Shown piece by piece: positions 60,231 through 64,000 of a stretch of DNA of 64,000 nt. How positions within the stretch are numbered: the stretch's first letter is position 1; every line of letters starts with the position of its first letter. The stretch is from assembly GCF_009914755.1 (NCBI RefSeq), contig NC_060937.1. One strand, 5' to 3'. Below the pieces are notes generated by a model. The model had not been told where the DNA came from and did no database searches. It saw only the letters and a list, made by a program, of their open reading frames with translations. The stretch is from the human T2T-CHM13v2.0 reference genome, Homo sapiens. A program made the position numbers and the translations under genes.

Positions 60231-61856
60231 AGTGTATGTTTTTTTTCCCATACCTTTTCATGAGCGTCTTACTTTTAACTACTATACTCTTTCTGGTTAA
60301 TGTATAGTACATGAGTGATTTAGTTTTTATTGTAATTCATATTAATGACACTTTTAAAAGTTATTGATAAAATATGGGTAAATAATTAAATATTCTGGTT
60401 TCTATCTTGTTCTGTTACTTATTGATGGTAGCAAAGAGGAAAAAAGGCAATTATTTTCCTTTCTGAAATATTATTGTCATTTCCTGATTAAATCTTAACT
60501 CAGGTTGCTGTTTCTCTTTTTTGGTATTTGTCCTGTAGCATCAATAGGAAATGCATTCAATATAATCCATATGTGAGATTATTTAATCTTAAAAAAAAAA
60601 AACAAATAGGGAATGCAGTTAGGTTAGATTATTTAATCTTCAAAATAAAAGCAAATAGGGAATGCAGTTTTTGAAAAGTAAATATGGTACAGTGAAATTA
60701 ATTCAAGTTAGTATACACCGTGAATGCATTCCTCTAGTAATAACCTTTGCTTCATGGTAGTAGCAGATAACAGATGTTTTTTGAAATGAAAAATACGCTG
60801 TTGTCTATTATATCTGGGATAAGCAGGGTAAAAATTGGCCAGAAGATAATCGTGGAGGAATGGGGCATGTTTAAAGTTTTAAGTAGCAGACATTTATATG
60901 TATTCATTTTGTGACAGGCAGTGTGCTGTCACAAAGGCACTTTCTCCACGTCACAAAACTAGTTAGTGGTGGAGTTGGTAATTATTCCTAGTTCAGTCTT
61001 ATTCTAGAGTTTGAGTGATATATGATATAAAAATAGTAAAAAAAATAGTACATAAGACCTGCTATAATATACTGCCTCCTCCAACATGATGAAAGCAGAA
61101 ATAGTATGACTTGAAGACATTTTAAAGGGTTATTTGAAATAGATTGTTTGGGGAATGGGTAATCTTGAGGGCAGGAAGCTGAGGTATGTTCTTTTTTGAG
61201 AATCTCCCCTTTATCTTGGATTAGGTGTGTTTCCATCGTATTTGAGAGGTCTGGGACCTCATTTTCCACACCACCTCTTAATTTGTGTGGCTTAGTAAAA
61301 GGATTTGACCTTTTACCAACCCGCTGAGCTGACCTGTACATGAACATGGCTTGTGTGGTTTCCTGTTACAAAGTGGTGTTTAGTGTTATAATTTCACTGA
61401 GTTAAACTTCTCCAGTTTTAGTGACCTTGAAACAATGAGAATTGAGTGGAGAATTAATATATGAACTGATAGGAAAGATATATTTAAATCTTGTAGTAGG
61501 AAGATAGGAATGTTTCACTAGCATTATTTGCCAATCTAATTTTGATGTGTTTGTGTGTGTCTTTACTTATTTCAAAGAGTATAAGATGTGTGTAATGCAA
61601 AAGTTTTTTTACTAACAAATTAATGTCCTATGTATTTGTTTGGAGTGTAAGAGGGAGCCAAAAATAAAGGTACAAATGAAGGTTCACTTCTGAAGGCAAG
61701 CTATGCTTAGTTACATGAACTGCAACATGCCCAAAGGGGAAGCATACAGAGTTCTGTCTTTTTAACCATCTGTTCACTGATAATGTTTAGTGAAGTCCCT
61801 GGGGTCAGATAGATATTTAATGTTTAAAATGAATATGTCTTTAAACTTAATTTCAG

Positions 61857-61976
61857 GGGAAATACTGTTGAAATTGGGAAGATTAAAAGAAGCCAGTGAA
61901 GTGTTCAAAAACTTGATTGATCGAAATGCAGAAAACTGGTGTTATTATGAAGGCTTGGAAAAAGCTCTACAAATTA
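61857..61976 (+). CDS. NAA16: NAA16 coding exon 7 (EILLKLGRLKEASEVFKNLIDRNAENWCYYEGLEKALQI); gene continues beyond the window
   Basis: tttcag acceptor, A|GTATGT donor, 120 nt, cumulative CDS 811 nt. Confidence 0.93.
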
Positions 61977-64000
61977 GTATGTAATGATTTTTCTCCTCTT
62001 TCTCATAACTACTGATTGAAGTATAATAAAATGTAAAGTTGTAATAATACTTGGGAACAAATAATTTTAGCATTAGTACTCATTTTTCCATTTAGTAAAA
62101 TTATAGGTTAAACATGGGAGTAAAAATGAATTCAAATAGTTACACTTAAGTGTAAGTGATTGCAGATATGTTAGGTTCCTTGACCCTTACCTGTGATAGT
62201 ATTGGAAGGTGAGGCAAAAATAAAACAAAGCCAAACCAAAACAAAAAAAACCATACCAATTTAGAGTAGGGACATGGGAAAGAAAATGAGCATTCCCTTT
62301 CTGGGAAGTGTTGTAACTATTTAATATTTTAAAATCATTAGAGATTCATTACCCTCAACCTCTAAATATAAGAATTGGGCCAAATAATTATTGTTGAGGA
62401 TATTTGCTTTGATTTCAAACTAGGCTAATTTGTGTAGAGCAAAATGTTACATATCTTCCTTTGAAATTTGGTAACTTTGACCCTTTTCAGAACTCTAGTG
62501 TCAGTCCAAGATTTTTGTAATATTTTCATAATTAAGTGTTGGCAGGAACTGTTAATATTCCTAAAATCATATTTACTCATGAATAAATATATTCCTGAAA
62601 TAATTATGAAGTTGGCTCAAAGATGTTGAAACAGCAGAATTTTTTTTTTTTTTTTTTAGAATTTTTAAATTTAAAAAGTTTGGTAAATGGGTAGCTACCC
62701 ACATTCATTTATAGTAGTATAAGCTACAAGAAAAGTTTAATTGTTGTATCCTCACTGGTATTAATTCTGGTGTTCTTTTTATGTTTAAAATTTAACACTA
62801 CAAATTGTTAAAAATTTAGTTTAAGAAAATGATTAAAATCACAATATTGATTAAAGTAATAATCTGAAGAAAACAGCAAAGCTCATATGTGTGAAGGCTG
62901 AAAACATGGGTTAACTACGATTTTTCTTTAAACTAGTAACATTACGATTTATAAAAATATTTTCATGTTTTACTAAAATGAATAATATGTTCCATATGTC
63001 AGGATTCTTGGTTACTATAAAATGTATTGATTACAAAACTAATTACACTATTGTTTTAGGTAACTTATGACCTTTCCTTCCCCGTGGTAAGTTCTGGAGC
63101 TCCAACTTGTGACTTTAAGTAGGATTTATACGGCTTGTTATATCTAGGGTAGTGGATAATTTTTTTTTTCATACTTGGCGCTTGTTGTTCTCTACGATTA
63201 GGCACGAACATGAGAGTATTTTTAAAATACTTATATGCAGTTCATTTATGTGTTAGTATAAGGGGCTTTAATATTTTGTGAAGTCTCCAAATCATTAACA
63301 GAGAGCGAGGTTTTTTTTTGTTTTTTTGTTTTTGTTTTTTTACCCCCCACACATATCCTTGGTCTTAAAATCCAACCACATTGGAGCTCCAAAACATATT
63401 ACTGGGGGAAGGAATGCGTCTAAACGAGATCACACCTCTTCAAATGTGGTGTTTACAATCTTGATGCTTGATATTAATCTTGAATATCAATACTTATAAA
63501 CTACATTTACTACAGAGATACCTTGTCTGCTAGCACCCAGGGTTATTCTTAGGATAGTTATTTTTCTGTGGTTTAGACCACAGAATTTGGATTAAAATCT
63601 ACTTAAAACTTTATAGTTCAAAAACAGGTTTGTTTGCTTTTTCTTAAAATTCCACTATAAATTATCTTATTGCTTATAAATCTCTTTGTGAATTATGCAG
63701 GATATTATTTTAGAAAGATAAACTATACCCAGATCCTATTTGCTTGCTTATTGTTGTTTCAGAGTAACATGTAGTTTATGTATAGATACATCCTTTATGT
63801 GGTACTATAAAATTAGGTGTCTCTTGGGTGGGAAGATACAACTTTCTGTTAGAAGTGTAATTTATATCTTTTGGAAGGATAATGGAGTTTCATTGAAGAT
63901 TTTAAGTGTTAAAGTTAACATGGAAGTTTAGTTTATCTTCTTATATTTTAAACATTTGCAATCGTAATCCTAAAACTGTTGCTCCTTTGAGGCTTTTATG

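Overview
Primate (human-like) genomic DNA, very rich in interspersed repeats. The last ~20 kb holds a CpG-island promoter and coding exons 1-7 (+ strand) of NAA16 (NARG1L), the NatA auxiliary-subunit paralogue of NAA15. Its intron 3 is a U12-type (minor spliceosome) GT-AG intron. The upstream ~44 kb is a layered deposit of mobile DNA: several ERV1/ERVL proviral remnants and solo LTRs, a complete MER75 piggyBac MITE, a processed RAC1 pseudogene, a near full-length Hsmar1 mariner, L1/L2/MIR fragments and dozens of Alus. The RAC1 copy and the Hsmar1 both sit inside the gag region of one provirus. Several small templated-insertion or micro-inversion scars are visible. Most ORF-track entries are Alu artefacts. 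Repeat subfamily names come from recalled consensus sequences, not a search. I found no convincing evidence of a wholly new biological system.
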